DNA from: Octopus sinensis
Taxonomy: Eukaryota
Length of the DNA stretch: 64,000 nucleotides
Direction: 5' to 3'
Assembly (NCBI RefSeq): GCF_006345805.1
Contig: NC_042997.1
Coordinates: 203,050,001-203,114,000, forward strand
In this document: positions 12,468 to 26,550 of the stretch, in pieces
Numbering within the stretch: position 1 is the stretch's first letter
Layout of the letters: each line of letters begins with the position of its first letter
Made by a program: the position numbers and the translations under genes
Notes under the pieces: model-generated
The model's database searches: none
What the model was told of the DNA's origin: nothing
Seen by the model: only the letters and a program-made list of their open reading frames with translations

Positions 12468-12686
12468 TAGCCTTTTGATACCACTCCATCTGTGACCATC
12501 CCTGTTTCTATGATATAAGCTTACTGTTTTAAAATGATCTTAATCAAAATCATTGAAACCTTCCATAAACCAGCTTAATAATAATAATGACAAAGTTATT
12601 TTACTAAATTATTTAATTAGTTTCAAAACTGATTGAGATAAAGGCAGTGCATTTCAACAGAAATTTAATAACGAAAGGGTTAATTT
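12468..12686. mobile_element. older copy of the ~230-bp piggyBac MITE
   Basis: Ends aataacgaaagggttaa; internal aagttattttactaaatt shared with 14765-14994. Confidence 0.65.
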
Positions 12687-12876
12687 AACCGATTCCATAA
12701 AATCATTGTAAATCATGTAAACCAGTATATATAAAAAAAAAAAGATTGATGTTTATATAAGGGAAATTTCTTTATTGCGAACATTCATCAGTTCTGGTTG
12801 GGATGACCAAAGGAATGTCTATGATCACTCATAAATTACATAATTACCTAAAACAATTAGTCAAAACATGGTACTT

Positions 12877-13110
12877 ATTTCTTTATTACCCACAAGGGGC
12901 TAAACATAGAGGGGACAAACAAGGACAGACAAAGGTATTAAGTCGATTACATCAACCCCAGTGCGTAACTGGTACTTAATTTATCAACCCCGAAAGGATG
13001 AAAGACAAAGTCGACCTCGGTGATATTTGAACTCAGAACGTAGCGGCAGATGAAATACCACTAAGCATTTCGCCCGGTGTGCTAACGATTCTGCCAGCTT
13101 GCCACCTTAA
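12877..13110 (-). mobile_element. SINE family B with 16-bp TSD
   Basis: tcaaaacatggtactt (12861-12876) and tcaaaacacggtactt (13111-13126), one CpG-type mismatch. Confidence 0.92.
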
Positions 13111-14021
13111 TCAAAACACGGTACTTGCCACCAAGTCATACTTGTAATTGCTGACTTACATAGTATCTGCTTAACCGAAGTAGACACCTTACCCGATGTA
13201 ATGGTTCAGGAGACCAGCTACAGAATATTCCTCCTCAAGTATGGCAAACACAGTCGTTATTACCACACTCAGAAACCTGATCCAATCAAGTTAGCTCTTT
13301 CTACTTGTGTCAGCATCCACCTGGAAAGAGTCGAGTCAGCTCCACCCAGGGAATAACCAGCATCGCTAATAGAAGCTGGCCGTGTTTGGTAATCAAAACA
13401 TGCAACATGGAGACAATCAACCAAAGGATTAGATATTAATTCAAAACCTGTTTCACATTACTAATCCAGATTTCCAATGTCCACCTCATTGTTTACATAA
13501 TCTCAGGAAGGGATCTGCATCACGGACGAATTGCCTTGGGGTGGGGTGGGGGGCAGAATGTGTGACCAAACTATGTTCATCAAATTACTGGCCCCAAACT
13601 TAAATAACTGGAACTATTTGTAGGATTTTCTCACAGAAAATATTTCAACCATAAACTTCTTCAATATCAAATGACTTTGGGAACACCAGCCATTTTGCAA
13701 GTTTGTAAGTTATCTATTAAATCCTAATATGCTCTAATTAATATCTTCATGCTAATGAGGAACCAGGCAGAGAGAGAGAGAGAGATTTATGAAGCAATTC
13801 ACAGAAAACTGGAACTTAAAAACAGATGGAAACATTTAAATATTTATTTTTACTTTATTTTAGCCATCATGATTTTTAGCTAGGGTAACCCGTGATGAAA
13901 TATGCTGGAGAATAAATTTAAAAACAACCTGAGAATTTTGTAAAACTTTGAAATGATGTACAATTGACAGACAGGTATTTCAGTTGAAAATAATAAGAAG
14001 AAAGAATGATATTTTACTTAC

Positions 14022-14114
14022 CAATGGACATGTAACATGAATAACAGATTCATTGTGTTCTGCTGTGATAATGAGGGGACCAGTATTAGCTATATGGCGT
14101 AAGAGCTTGCACAC
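14022..14114 (-). CDS. CTNNAL1: alpha-catulin exon, 93 nt, 31 aa (VCKLLRHIANTGPLIITAEHNESVIHVTCPL)
   Basis: Acceptor ttcccttcttctatcaag|GTG, donor TTG|gtaagt; supplies the expected VCKLL.H segment. Confidence 0.9.
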
Positions 14115-14764
14115 CTTGATAGAAGAAGGGAAAGAAAGAAAAAAAGATATTAGATACATTAAGGTGACATATTAAAATACTCAAGAACTTTGGAGGTTCA
14201 GTTAGAAGTTTAGACATTTCATTTCATTTATATATATATATATAATTTTAATATTTCCCTTTGGCATTGCAATGCTAATAACCTGGTGTTGAAGCATATA
14301 AAAATGTTAATCATCAAAAGAATTCTATCAAAATGAAGAACGCTGTCAACTGAAGTATGTGACCAAGGATTCTGAGTGACAGTAAAGTAATGCTGTATAC
14401 AAGTAGAAGAGGGTTTAGTTACAACGGAGCAGAAGGAAAAACTACAGCTGGAAATTCCTAATAGTTTTCATGCTGAGCATTGTGTAAAGATATCATTTTT
14501 CTTCATCTCAACAGTTTTTTTTTTTTACAGAAATTACAATATTTACTCCTGTATAAATTGTATTTACTATACAAAACTTCAAATGAGAAAAATTAGGGGT
14601 GTGACTTATACATGAGACTAAAAAGACAAATCTTGTGCAAGGAATTTCATCTTTATCACAACCACCTTAGCTAATATTTCATACAGGCATAAAGCATCTT
14701 GAATAAATTGCTATGCTTGCAACATGAAAATAAAACCAAGAAAAATTAGTCTTAGTCTATTCTC

Positions 14765-14994
14765 TTAACCCTTTTGATAGCAACCCGGCTGAAACCACCT
14801 TTGGCTCTGTCGTACAAATGTCTTGTCTTCAAAAGTTCTGAATTAAGATCTTCCACTAAACCTTAGTCACAATTTATGTTCCTAACACTAGCTTAATGAT
14901 AACTAAGTTATTTTACTAAATTCTTTGTTATATTCAAAATTAATTGAAAGAAACACAGAACATCTCAACAGAAATATGGTGACAAAAGGGTTAA
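14765..14994. mobile_element. piggyBac-type MITE, same family as 10106-10334, opposite orientation
   Basis: ttaa-cccttttgatagc ... gtgacaaaaggg-ttaa; aligns end to end with the reverse complement of the 10.1-kb copy. Confidence 0.85.
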
Positions 14995-15859
14995 GCTTGC
15001 CAATAAACAGGTTAGAATTGAGGTTGGTGACAGAATGGGACATGACAAAATGGGCAAAATTTTGTGGAAATAGTTTAGCTATCTGAACTTGGCAGCTGGT
15101 TGTAAACATTAAGAAGAGGTCAAAGGGCAAATTGATACAATGAAGTGTAGGGGTGAGTTAAAGATAACTGAGATATAACATGATTAGGAGTGGGGGAATT
15201 AAAAAGAAATACAAAGAGAGTGAAGGAGAAGTCAGAAAAAGAAAAGGAAAACTGTTTTAGAAGGGCCTTGAAATAGTAAATGTGAAATGGATATAAAGGG
15301 GTTAAGATTTTATTCTGTAGCAAATGTAATAATGGAAACTAATGTTGTAAGGAGAATATATTCATTATGTACTGCTACTTTTAAGTGGTGAGATTTGCAG
15401 AAGCTAATGGCAACAGAGCTGCTGAGAGGGAGAGGGTGGGGGCGGGGTGGGGATTTAGTCAGTCAGTCAGACAGTTGTGAAAAATTGAGTCAATGAAATC
15501 ATCATCATCATTTAATGTTTGTTTTCCGTGCTGGCATGGATTGGATGGTTTCACAGCAGCTGGAAAAGCCAGAGAACTGCACTAGGCATTAATTGTCTGT
15601 TTTGGCACAATTTCCACAGTCCGATCCTCTTCTCAACATCAACCTCTTTACAGAGTGTACAGGGTGCTTTTCACATGGCCCCAACACAGGTGCTTTTTAC
15701 AGGTCCTTGTAAAATTGTTATTAATTGATAATTTCATAATTGTACTGGTCATTAAATATACTTTAACGACTTTTTATTAAATTTACTTTAAAGACTACTT
15801 TGAACTTATGGTATGTTATTAGCCTCATGCATGCATGTATACATGTACCTTTTTTTATC

Positions 15860-16250
15860 TCATCTTTTACTTTGTTTAAATCATTAGACTGTGGCCATAC
15901 TGGGGCACCACCTTGAGCTTTCAGTTGAATGAATTGACCCCAGTACCTTTTTAAGCCTGGTACTTATTCTATCATTCGCTTTTGCTGAATCACTAAGTTA
16001 CGAAGATGTAAACATAACACTAGTTGTCAAGCAGTGTGGGGTGGGTAAGACAAACAGACACACACACACATATATACACACACAATGTGCTTCTTTCAGT
16101 TTTCATCTATAAAATCCACTCACAAGGCTTTGGTTGGCTCAAAGCTATAGTAGTGAAACACTTGCCCAAGGTGCCATACAGTGGGACTGAACCCAGAACC
16201 ATGTGGTTGAGAAGCAAACTTCTTACCACATGGCCACACCTGTGCCTACT
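15860..16250 (-). mobile_element. SINE family A
   Basis: Collinear with 3965-4413, more diverged. Confidence 0.85.
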
Positions 16251-17009
16251 TCATTACACACACACACACCCAAGTTTCCATCTGCCAAATTCCACCCACA
16301 AAATATTAGTCAACTTGAGTGTCTTCTAGGTTCTGTCCATATTTTACTAGCCACAGTCATTGTTTGATGACTGGTAGATGATGAGGTGAAGTAAATAAAC
16401 AGGGTTTTGTCAATTAGATGATTTACTAGACCAGCAAGAGCACAAGACTAATTATTATATGACAATTTAAATAATGTAAGGAGGAGATGCGGTAATTAGG
16501 CTGGGAATTAACGATTCTATGATAATAGACAGAGTAATGGTTCTTATTGAGGAGGCTGGTTTTAAGGTCAGGAATGTTTTGAGAATATCTGGGAAATTTT
16601 GTCAGATGTATGACCAAAGGCATTCTCGTACAGGCAGTTGGGTGGGTGGTGGGTATTTAAGACTACAGTATTCTCTGTGAGTGGCCACTTTTTCTTAAAA
16701 AATGTGAGTGAAATTTAAAGGAAATTTGGCACCTATTTCTACCAGGTTGGGTAACTACATAGTGATTCTCTCATTGATCAGAGTTGGAATTTGAGTAACC
16801 AGATGATAATATAAATCAAATATTTTTAGGATGGCAAATATTTTTACTTTCAAATTAGTTTTCTGGCTGTTTAATCTCAAGTCAACCCTGACTGAGTTCA
16901 CTTAAGTTTAAAGGAATTCCAACTGTGACATGGTTCCTAATGCCAACCACTCCGCAGAGTGTACTGGGTACTTTTTATGTGACACCAGCATCGGTATCAA
17001 TTCTGCTGT

Positions 17010-17480
17010 GGTGTGCAGGTCTTCTTGAATAGAGCAATGTGCCAGATATCTCAGTCCTTCGTCATCTCCTTCGTAAGGTTCAGTGTCTTTAGATTGGCCT
17101 TCAATTCTTCATCCCCTGTCTTTCTGAGTGTCCCTCTTCCACAAGTACCGTCCACTTTAAGTAATTGGCACTTCTGTATGCAAGTGTCTACATCCGTATG
17201 CATCACACGATCAAACCAGTGCAGTCTTTTCTCTTGCACACCACACCTAATTCTGCTTATGCCCAGTTTCTCCTGCCATACACTAGTACTCTGTTGCATA
17301 TGTACACTGACACTGCTCATCCAGCAGAGCATACCAGCTTCAATCCTCTCAAGCCGTCACATGTCATCTGCATTCAAAACCCATGTCTCACTACCATGTA
17401 GCATTGCTGTTCATATACATGCATCATGCAATCTTCCTTTCACTCAGAGAAAGAGACTTTTGGTGGCCAACAGAGGTAAA
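17010..17480 (-). mobile_element. RTE-clade LINE 3' fragment
   Basis: ORF 17051..17332 (MLCWMSSVSVH...IRCGVQEKRLHWF.RVM...CGRG) matches the same family as 10560-11130. Confidence 0.85.
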
Positions 17481-19279
17481 AGTTCTGATCTTTCTTCCAT
17501 CCTATTCTTATATTCTAGCAATTATTCATACTTTCCATAGGAAAAAAAAGAAAGAAAAAAGAACAAATGTACAAAAATTACCCCCCCCCCCCCCACGTTT
17601 CTTTTTACCAGATTCCACTCATAAGACATAGGACAGACCTGAAAACACATGGTTACCAAATGAGTTCCTTAATCACACAGCTAGGAATCAAAACCACATC
17701 TGAACTTTAGAAGTTATACAATATCAAGAAATACCAATGACAAACATCAGCAGATGAATTAATTATATCACCAAAGTGGGTGAGTTATTAGATTTCTTAA
17801 TGAAGAAACAGATTAAGTTTAATAACCATTAACCCTTTCAATACCAAATCTGCCTGAGACCACCACCCCTTGTTCATTGATATAAAACTGTCTATGTTAA
17901 AGTGTTTATATTTAAATCAAGTTCCAAACATCAGCTTTGTCATGAAAAAAATTAATTATTCCAAATTCTTGATTAATTCCAAAATTAATTGAAACACACA
18001 ACCAATGCATTTAATTAGAAACATAATCAGGACAGTGTTAAATGTTATTCTTTGATTCCAGCAGTCTTATGTCAGTCGCTGTGAGACTGCTTGCATGGTG
18101 ATTACAATTCCTTGGCTGGGAGAGAGGGGGTGGTGGAAAAATAGACCATGTTAGTCAATCTTTTGATCTTTTATTGATTTCATTTACATCAAGTCCCAAT
18201 ACTTTTATTTCACTGACCTAAGGAAGATAAAAGACCTGTAGATCTAGCTGGGATCTGAATTCACAAGATGGAGCAATGCTCAACCATTTTTCTGCCATCT
18301 ACCCATGAAATATTACTCAGGTGGTTGGACATTATTACTACAATCACAACTATTACAATTACTACTACTACTACCACCACCAACAACAACACCATCACTA
18401 TACAACAATCTAAATCAACACTGAGTTTAACATTGATACGTTTTAGTCTATCGGAGATGCAGACATGGATGTGTGGTGAAAAAATTTGCTTTCTGATCAT
18501 GTGGTGTTGGGTTCAATCCCACAATGAGCTACCTTGGGCAAGTGTTTTCTGCAATAACACCAAAGCTTTGTGAATTGATTCAGTAGAGAGAAACTGAAAG
18601 AAGCCCAGTGTGTGTGTATGGGTGTGTATTTTAATTTACACTTCTCTGAAAATTGGTGAGCTACAGGTAGTGAAGTTGTCAACCGATCATCCATGCATCT
18701 GGCTGTAAAATAATGTCTCAATTCTAAATTTGTTTGAGCCTTGTTAGCATGGAAAAAAAATGAATGGAAAATGGGAAAGAGCTGAAAGGTCAATGTTAGT
18801 ATTTTTCCAGTCAGTCTTATTTTATTTCAGTTGTTATATGAGGACAAGCAATATAGCTTTGTTTTAACTCTTCTGTTACCATACACCTGTCTGTTGAAAA
18901 ACACTTCTTATATCATACTCTCCCACCCCAACCTTTCATATATCCTACAATAATAACAATTTCTTGGCTTCCTCTACTTATGGCTGAATAGTTAAGTTCC
19001 CTTCAAAACCATGAAGATTGGTTTTGACTCCACAGCATGGCTTCTTAGGCAACTGTCACTTTCTATAGCCTAAGATCAACCCATAACTTGTGAATAAAAT
19101 TAGTAAAATTGAGTAGTGAAAAACTGTACAGAAGCCTGTCAGATGAATTATATCTTGAGCGAAAATCCTTTTTTTTTTAATATCCTCAGGGTGACCCTTA
19201 TTTTGCAAGTGAAACAGAATAAATGGCAACCATACAAAAGCACATTGTACCAACTCTCCTTGTAATACTGGAATTCGTT

Positions 19280-19682
19280 AAACAAATAGTGAGCTCTTCT
19301 GTAGCAAGATAACACATGACCCCATAACACTCGAATGACCCTGATTAAATTCTGGGGAACTTAAGGGAATCAAACTGATTCCACAACCAGCATGTAGTCC
19401 AAACTTAGCTCCCTCAGATTATTACTTGTTCTGATCCTTGGCTCACTTCCTGCACTTGCAACATTTCATTAACGAAGAGGAGGTGGTAGCATCAGTGAAG
19501 GAATTCTTTCCCTCAAAGGACAAGAACTGTTATTAGTGTGGGGTCAAAGAACTGGCTGAAAGGTAGCTTCAGATAGTGCAACACGATGACCTCTACTAGG
19601 AATGCTAGGATGCTTTTGTTGAAACTTGAAAACAGCAAATAAGTAAGCAAAATATTGCAAAACTTTTGACTCAATACAATAA
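19280..19682 (+). mobile_element. mariner (DD34D) transposase 3' remnant with right TIR
   Basis: Translates with stops as LL*QDNT*PH...PQPACSPNLAPSDYYLF*SLAHFL...FINEEEV..SVKEFF.SKDKNCY*CGVKELAER*LQIVQHDDLY, followed by TIR-like gcaaaacttttgactcaatacaata. Confidence 0.85.
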
Positions 19683-20879
19683 AAGTTACTGCCTCGTTAC
19701 ACACTGTGTCACGCTGATTCTGCTTGAGGGGTACATTAAGAGTACATGTATTTGTGGAACGCTCAGCCACTTACACAACCGAATTCAATGAGCAGATGAT
19801 CAAATAACTGAATCCTCATCACCAAAACCAGTGAAGATGCAGCCATACTTTCAGACAACTTCAAACGCCAACTGCATTACTTAGGTAAAAGAAATCTATT
19901 TACTTTGTTTAGTGAACCATATCAGAAGTTCCGGACTTTATTTCTAGAGTACCCCTACAGCTAACAACTCCTGTCTATCTAGTGCAGTTCAAGTTTCTTG
20001 ACAGCGTGCCAGAGATTCCTCGACACCTTCTCTGTGCCAATAGCTTACTCTCAGCACTTAATATCGAGTTTCAACCAATAACTTTCCTACACATTGACTA
20101 AAGCCATTTCTCAATAATACTGAAATTTCCTGCTTCGTTGTAATTAGTTTTCAGCCACTGTCATGTTAACCTTTAGCTCTGTTGATATTTTTAGCATTCT
20201 TCAAAGTTTACAACATTTTCTACAGCTCTTCTATACACTCTACAAAGAGTTCTAGATCAACAGAAAAGAATGACGTCCAAAGATATCCAGTTATGAAATG
20301 TCATTAGGTTGACGTTAGATCACTGTTGAACACCAGTTTATTCTGTTAATTACAAGCAGTCGTTTATTGTAATGAAGATTTACTTTAAATGAAGAAGTAC
20401 AGTACTCAAAATTATGATGCACTGCAACAAAGTTTGAGTCAATAATCAATAGATAAGCATTATACCAGTTTTCCTATTTAGCAATTAAATGTCATAATTT
20501 CTGAATACCCAACATGATTAGAACTGAAGACACTTTATCACATCCTTGGGACATAAGTAATGTATGTGTAAAGTTTGGTGAAAATTGCTTGAGAATTGTG
20601 GAAATGTGTTAATATACACACACATACTGTGATTTATATATACTAGATGTAGCTCCTATTTTACAGTAAGACACCTGTTCCAGTCCCCCTTTCCTATTTT
20701 TTAGCCTTTCTACACCTTTGCACAAAGTCACCTCTCACTGAATTCCCACTTTGTCAAGGGGTCACCTCTTGCAAGTTACTTAGTGACCCCACAAGTGTTG
20801 TAGCCAGGAAAATAACCACTTGGGACATCAAGCCATAGAAACCTTGCCAAAGCAGGCAGAAACTAAACGCAGCCCTCAG

Positions 20880-21602
20880 ACTGTAAGTGATGAAGGGCCT
20901 CTCAGAATGAAATGCAAATTGTATGATACTTGTGCTATGCAACATGGCAGTGAAACATGGGCTGTGACTGCAGAGGACATGCAAAGGCTGCTTGAAAGAA
21001 ATGAAACCATTATGCACTGGTGGATGGATAATGTTAGTGTGCATATACAACAAAGTGTAAGGGATTTGAGAGAAAAACTGGGAATAAAAGACACCAGATG
21101 AAGTGTACAAGAGACAAGACTGCTTTGATATGGTCGCATAATGTGTATGAATGAAAACAGTTGCATCAAAAGGTGCCAATCTCTAATTGTGGAGGAAGCA
21201 TGTGGAAGGGGTAGACCCAGGAAGACATGGGACAAAGTGGTGAGAAAGGATCTTCAGATGTTGGACCTCACAGAGGGGATGACAAGGGACCAAGACTCCT
21301 GGCAGTTTGCTGTGCTTGAGATGATACACCAAGCTAAATAAAAGCATAGTTGTCCCCTGCAGTTCTCTCCAGCTGAGCACCCTTAATCTTGCAGACTCAT
21401 GGGTGTTGGTGCCACGTAAATGCACCTGTGCCCAGTGTTGCATAAAAGTACCCAGTACATTCTGCAAAGTGGTTGGTATTAGGAAGGGTTTCCAGCTATA
21501 GAAACCATGCCAAAGCAAATATGGAGCCTAGGCCAGCTCCTGTCAAACCATCCAACCCATGCCAGCATGGAAAACAGATGTTAAATGATGATGATGTATA
21601 TT
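20880..21602 (+). mobile_element. RTE-clade LINE 3' fragment with contiguous 3' UTR
   Basis: ORFs 20820..21101 and 21141..21341 (HGSETWA...CGRGRPRKTWD.VVRKDL) run into a UTR ending ccaacccatgccagcatggaaaacagatgttaaatgatgatgat. Confidence 0.88.
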
Positions 21603-23329
21603 TATCCTGTTTATCTTTATTAGGCTGAAATTTAAGTTTCTTAACGTTACTTAAATTTTTTTTTTTTTCTTCTTCAAAGATTTCAAACAAAAAACTGTTG
21701 CACCTTACAAATAACATAGGAATTCATCATACAAACAAGTAAAATCCTTCACATTCTGACTAAAAGACCTGAAAGATTTCTTCAAATATTTCAGAGAATT
21801 AACAGGGAGTAATACACATACAAGGCATAATACATCAGAGAATTATGGATACAGAAAAAGAGATGAAAATAATGACCCCCACCACCTAAATAGAAACATC
21901 TTTTTAAAAATCAAATAAACAAATAGATATACCAATCAACTCGTTTCAAAATCAGATCATTAAGAAATGATAATGATGATGACTATGATGGAAGCAGTGA
22001 GAATGAACCAAAAATATTAGCTGCCACGTCTTTTATTGATTATAACTAATTGATTATAACTGGTTCTTTCAACTTCAGTCATTTGGTTTTGTAAATGGTT
22101 ATGTTTCCAACAAAATACATATATATTTTATATGAAAGAAACAAGCAAAAATATTGGGAAAGATAAACAAATTGCTGAAATCTTTGATTATTGGGGCAAG
22201 AAACACTGTCACTTTATAGAACACAGTATGTCAACCATAAATTATTTCTCAAGATTATAAAACGAAAGCACAAATGAAAAAATGTCTCTAGTTTGTGATT
22301 GGTTGGTGGTCAGAGTCTAATTAAAAAAAAAAAATCATTCATAAATCAATAACCAACACTTATTCCGATTATTAATGCCAATCTTCACACCTGGTCAAAG
22401 GACTGGAAACTTCATGTGTTTTACTCATAACCTATTCTAGTAAACATTTCATCCCACTGAAAAAATGATGTGTATTACCCTCCCCCTGTCATTATCAATT
22501 ATTGTTTATTTTACAAGTTTTCTATATATTATGCATGCTACAATAATCATTTGCTTTGATAGTACTGAACTTTTATATTGTTTATTTTATCAACGATGAC
22601 AAATTTTGTTTCTTTGAAATCTAGGTAAATTTCACTACATTTTATAGAACAACATGCCAACTTCAGATAAATTTAATGAATGTGACAGCACACACACACA
22701 CACACACGCACACTATGCATATGCACACACACACACACATTAGTGTTTGCTTTTATGTTGAGAGATGATAAAAACAATTCAACTGAAGAATTACTCAATA
22801 CTTTTTTTAGAGTACATATTTATTATACTTTTACAAGGAAAGAATTGAAAGTGACTTCGAAACTTTGACCTACTAGCCTTTGTCAGACAACACACACACA
22901 CACAACTAGAGTGTAAGCAACAGATATGGTTAAAAGTAAGTGTAAGCAACAGATATGGTTACTGAACTGGATGTATAATGTCCTTTGAGCAATCTTTACT
23001 ATTTTTCTAATGCTAAGTCTCTCTCTATTTTTATTAGCAACAGTTATTAAATACATTTTTGTTAATGAGTGTAAAGTACCCAAATTATTAAGAATATCCC
23101 ATCTCCAACTTCTTTGTTTAGTTGTCACTAAAAATCCAATATTGTATAAGTACATAGCTAGAAAACTATGATGGCTGGAAAAGAGGGACAAATGAAACCC
23201 TTAATGGCTGGCATCTATCTATCAGCTCAAAGAATCGGGGAGAAAATTTGGGAAATGTAGGGCACTCAGTGAGCCTCGGATATACTGAAGACAAACTGAA
23301 GGTGGGGGGTCTTAAATACAGATGGCAAT

Positions 23330-23690
23330 AAGGTCATACATACAGATCTGATGACAAAGTTTTACATATAGCTAACAAGGTATTATCTACATATTGATGA
23401 CAATGTATAACATTCAAATGACAAGATTATCACAGAGATGAAAATAATACATTATATACAGATGACAAAATATTCAGCATGATAATGTATTGCATACATG
23501 ATTACAGCTGACAACTGGGTATCACAAAGGACATAGAGATAGCTACAATGTATAACAAATAACAGGGTAATCACATACAAACTGCCAATGTTTACAAAGA
23601 CACAACAAGGTATTACGCAGCCACAAGGTTATTACATACAGATGGAGACAAGGTATTACATACAAATGATAAAGTATTACAAGTGGCACC
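23330..23690. repeat. degenerate ~20-bp minisatellite
   Basis: Recurring gtattacatacagatgacaa-like units. Confidence 0.6.
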
Positions 23691-24477
23691 CAATCAAATG
23701 TCAACATAGATCAGTTGTGGAAGCATAAACTTTAGCCATAATAGCTTAAAAAAAAAAAATTCAAAAGGATGTATTGTAAGTACAAAATGCAAGTGTTGAC
23801 TCAAAAGTTATATTTTGAAGAAAAAAAAACAAAGAAAAAACTCAAAGCCAGAATAAGAATAAAATTCTTGACACTATAATCCAGATAGCAACAAGAATAA
23901 ATATAGATAGTATCTATTTTAGCTGTATTGTATATTGTTCTGCTCACATACTTTCTAATAGCTGATTACGAATATAGATTTGAGGGCTCTGCTATTTTTA
24001 TGAAAATTACCAATTTATCAAAAGACTTTATGTTTAGTTCTTCCTATCTTTATATTAGTTTTCAAAATTTAATTTTCATTCACTAAATATTCTTTAACCC
24101 TTTTGTTACTGTATTTATGCTCAAAAACACCGTCTTCTAATTAATTTCTAAAATAATAACCAATATAATAAAATAAGTTTGGTATTTATTTAGCTGATGT
24201 CTGAAACAAATTTTTATTACTATCATCATTTTAATATCTACTTTACCACGCTTGCATGGGAAAGTAGGCATTAAAACAGAATTTATTGAGCCTGATTTTC
24301 TGTAACCAAGGTACTGTTTCTATTGCCAAACCTCACCTGTTCCCAAAGAAGGAAATATTTCCCCCTTTGCCAGAAATGGTTTTCATAGAAGACTGGAAAT
24401 AAACAACATCACTTCCAAGTCAATGGACACTCACTAACAACCACAACATGATTTCAAGAAAGAGGTACAGAAAAAAA

Positions 24478-24630
24478 TATACGACAGGTTCTTTCAGTTT
24501 CTGCCTACCAAATCTGCTCACAAAGCTATTGTAGGATACACTTGCCTAAGGTGCAACACTGTGAGACTGAACCTAAAATCACATGTCTGAGAAGCAAACT
24601 TCTTAACCACACAGCGATGTCTGTGCTTAA
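24478..24630 (-). mobile_element. SINE A/D head half
   Basis: ttctttcagtttctgcctaccaaat...cttaaccacacagc. Confidence 0.7.
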
Positions 24631-24829
24631 ACACGATCTTCCCAACTGAGGTTTATGGCCATATTATGCTAAATGCACCATCTGTCATCTGATCACCATA
24701 GTTAAGTAGTGTTGAGCCTAGTTAGTACTTAGGGGACCAACCGCTTGGGAAACCTACGTGTGGTAGCAAAACCATTGTGAAACATAAATTAGCATCAAAA
24801 AATTTTAATGGGAAGTTTTGATTTATCTT

Positions 24830-25038
24830 AACTTTTATGTGTTTCAGTCAAGACTGAGGCCATGCTGGGGCACCGCCTTGAAGAATTCTTAATCAAATGA
24901 ACTAGCCCCAGTACTTTTTCTTTTAAGCATAATATATATTCTATCAGTCTCTTTTGCCAAACCACTAAGTTACAGGGATGTAACTTCATCAACACCAGTT
25001 GTTGAGCAGTGGTGGAGAACACACATGCATGCATGCAC

Positions 25039-25070
<32 letters not shown>

Positions 25071-25232
25071 TTACACATATAATGGGTTTCTTTCAGTTTC
25101 TGTTTACCAAATCCACTCACAAGGTTTTGGTCAGCCCCAGGCTGTAGAAGACACTTCCTGAAGGTGCCATGCAGTGGGATTGAACCTGCAACCATGTGCT
25201 TGGTAAGCAAACTTCTCACTACACAGCCATGC
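24830..25232 (-). mobile_element. SINE family A
   Basis: Collinear with the family; central (CA)n. Confidence 0.85.
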
Positions 25233-25830
25233 TGAAGTTTGTACCATAAAACAGAGAGGTCTCAAGTAGATTGGTAACAAAACTTGTCTGGCTAGGATCA
25301 AACCATTGATTAGAACAACTCATTATCTGCAGCATTCTTTAGTTTGTCCACAATCCTTTTTTTTACCTGAAACTGTCTTCAGCTTCCTCTTCAATATTTG
25401 GAACACTGGGATATTTGAAATTTCCAGAGAAGTCAGGATTTAGTCTAGAATATAACAAACTGTTGCTGACACCCAAATCACAACACCCACTTCAATGTTT
25501 GGTTGTTCTTGTCATGCCCAGAAGTTGTGAATTAATTTAATATTGAAATATAATATGTTTATAATATAAGAACACAGTGCAATAAAGTGTCTATGATAAA
25601 TGGAGGTTAACTGGAATTCTGCGGCTGTCTCAAGGGAGAGATTATTAGTTATGTTGATGGTTGAACATGAGATGAATAATCATGGAATCAAATATATTTG
25701 ATCTCTTTAGTATTGTAATTCTGCTAGAAAGATGCAAGGTGAACTGAAATACACAAATTTATATAATATACACAGACACACACACATTGTAATTCTGGTC
25801 AGCCATGGCATGATCAATAACAAGTTATAT

Positions 25831-25896
<66 letters not shown>

Positions 25897-26119
25897 AATA
25901 GAAAGGCACAAAAGTGATTCAAGAACAGAGCTTATGCATACCAATTATCAAACTATCTTAGAAACTAAGTGTTCATCTCTTATATAGTGTGAATTAGAAT
26001 TCTTTCTGGAATGTTCAATTATATGTACATGCATACACACACACACACACACATTATAGTATTATGGTTTTCATAAAGCCTTTTCTGATATACAAAGGAT
26101 TTTATTATCTTTCTCTTTA

Positions 26120-26512
26120 ATGCCAGTGCTGGTGGCACGTAAAAAGCATCATTTGAGCATGGTCCATGCCAGTGTCGCCTCACTGGCTCCCATGCCAGTG
26201 ACATGTAAAAAGCACCAGTCAAGCATGGTCAATACCAGCGCAGCCTGACTGACTCCCATGCCGGCGGGACATAAAAAGCGCCATTCAAGCGCGGTTGATG
26301 CCAGTGCCGCCTGATTGAGCCGCCATGCCGGTGACATGTAAAAAGCAACCACTATACTCTCGGAGTAGTTGGTGTTAGGAAGGGCATCCAGCTGTAGAAA
26401 CCTTACCAGATCAGATTGGAGCCTGGTGCAGCCTCCTGGCTTGTCAGTCCTCAGTCAAACAGTCCAACCCATGCCAGCATGGGATGCAGACGTTAAACAA
26501 TGATGATGATAA
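26120..26512 (+). mobile_element. family C repeat with internal ~66-bp VNTR
   Basis: About 3.5 units of catgccagtgacatgtaaaaagcacc..., then ggaagggcatccagctgtagaaa and a (gat)n tail. Confidence 0.85.
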
Positions 26513-26550
26513 AGCTAAAGCAATGCAAGTCATAAAAAAAATTTAATAAA

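Noticed and set aside
13140-13420. Higher-GC segment with minus-strand acceptor and donor-like sites
   Set aside because: Stops in all frames after the acceptor and no recognisable family.
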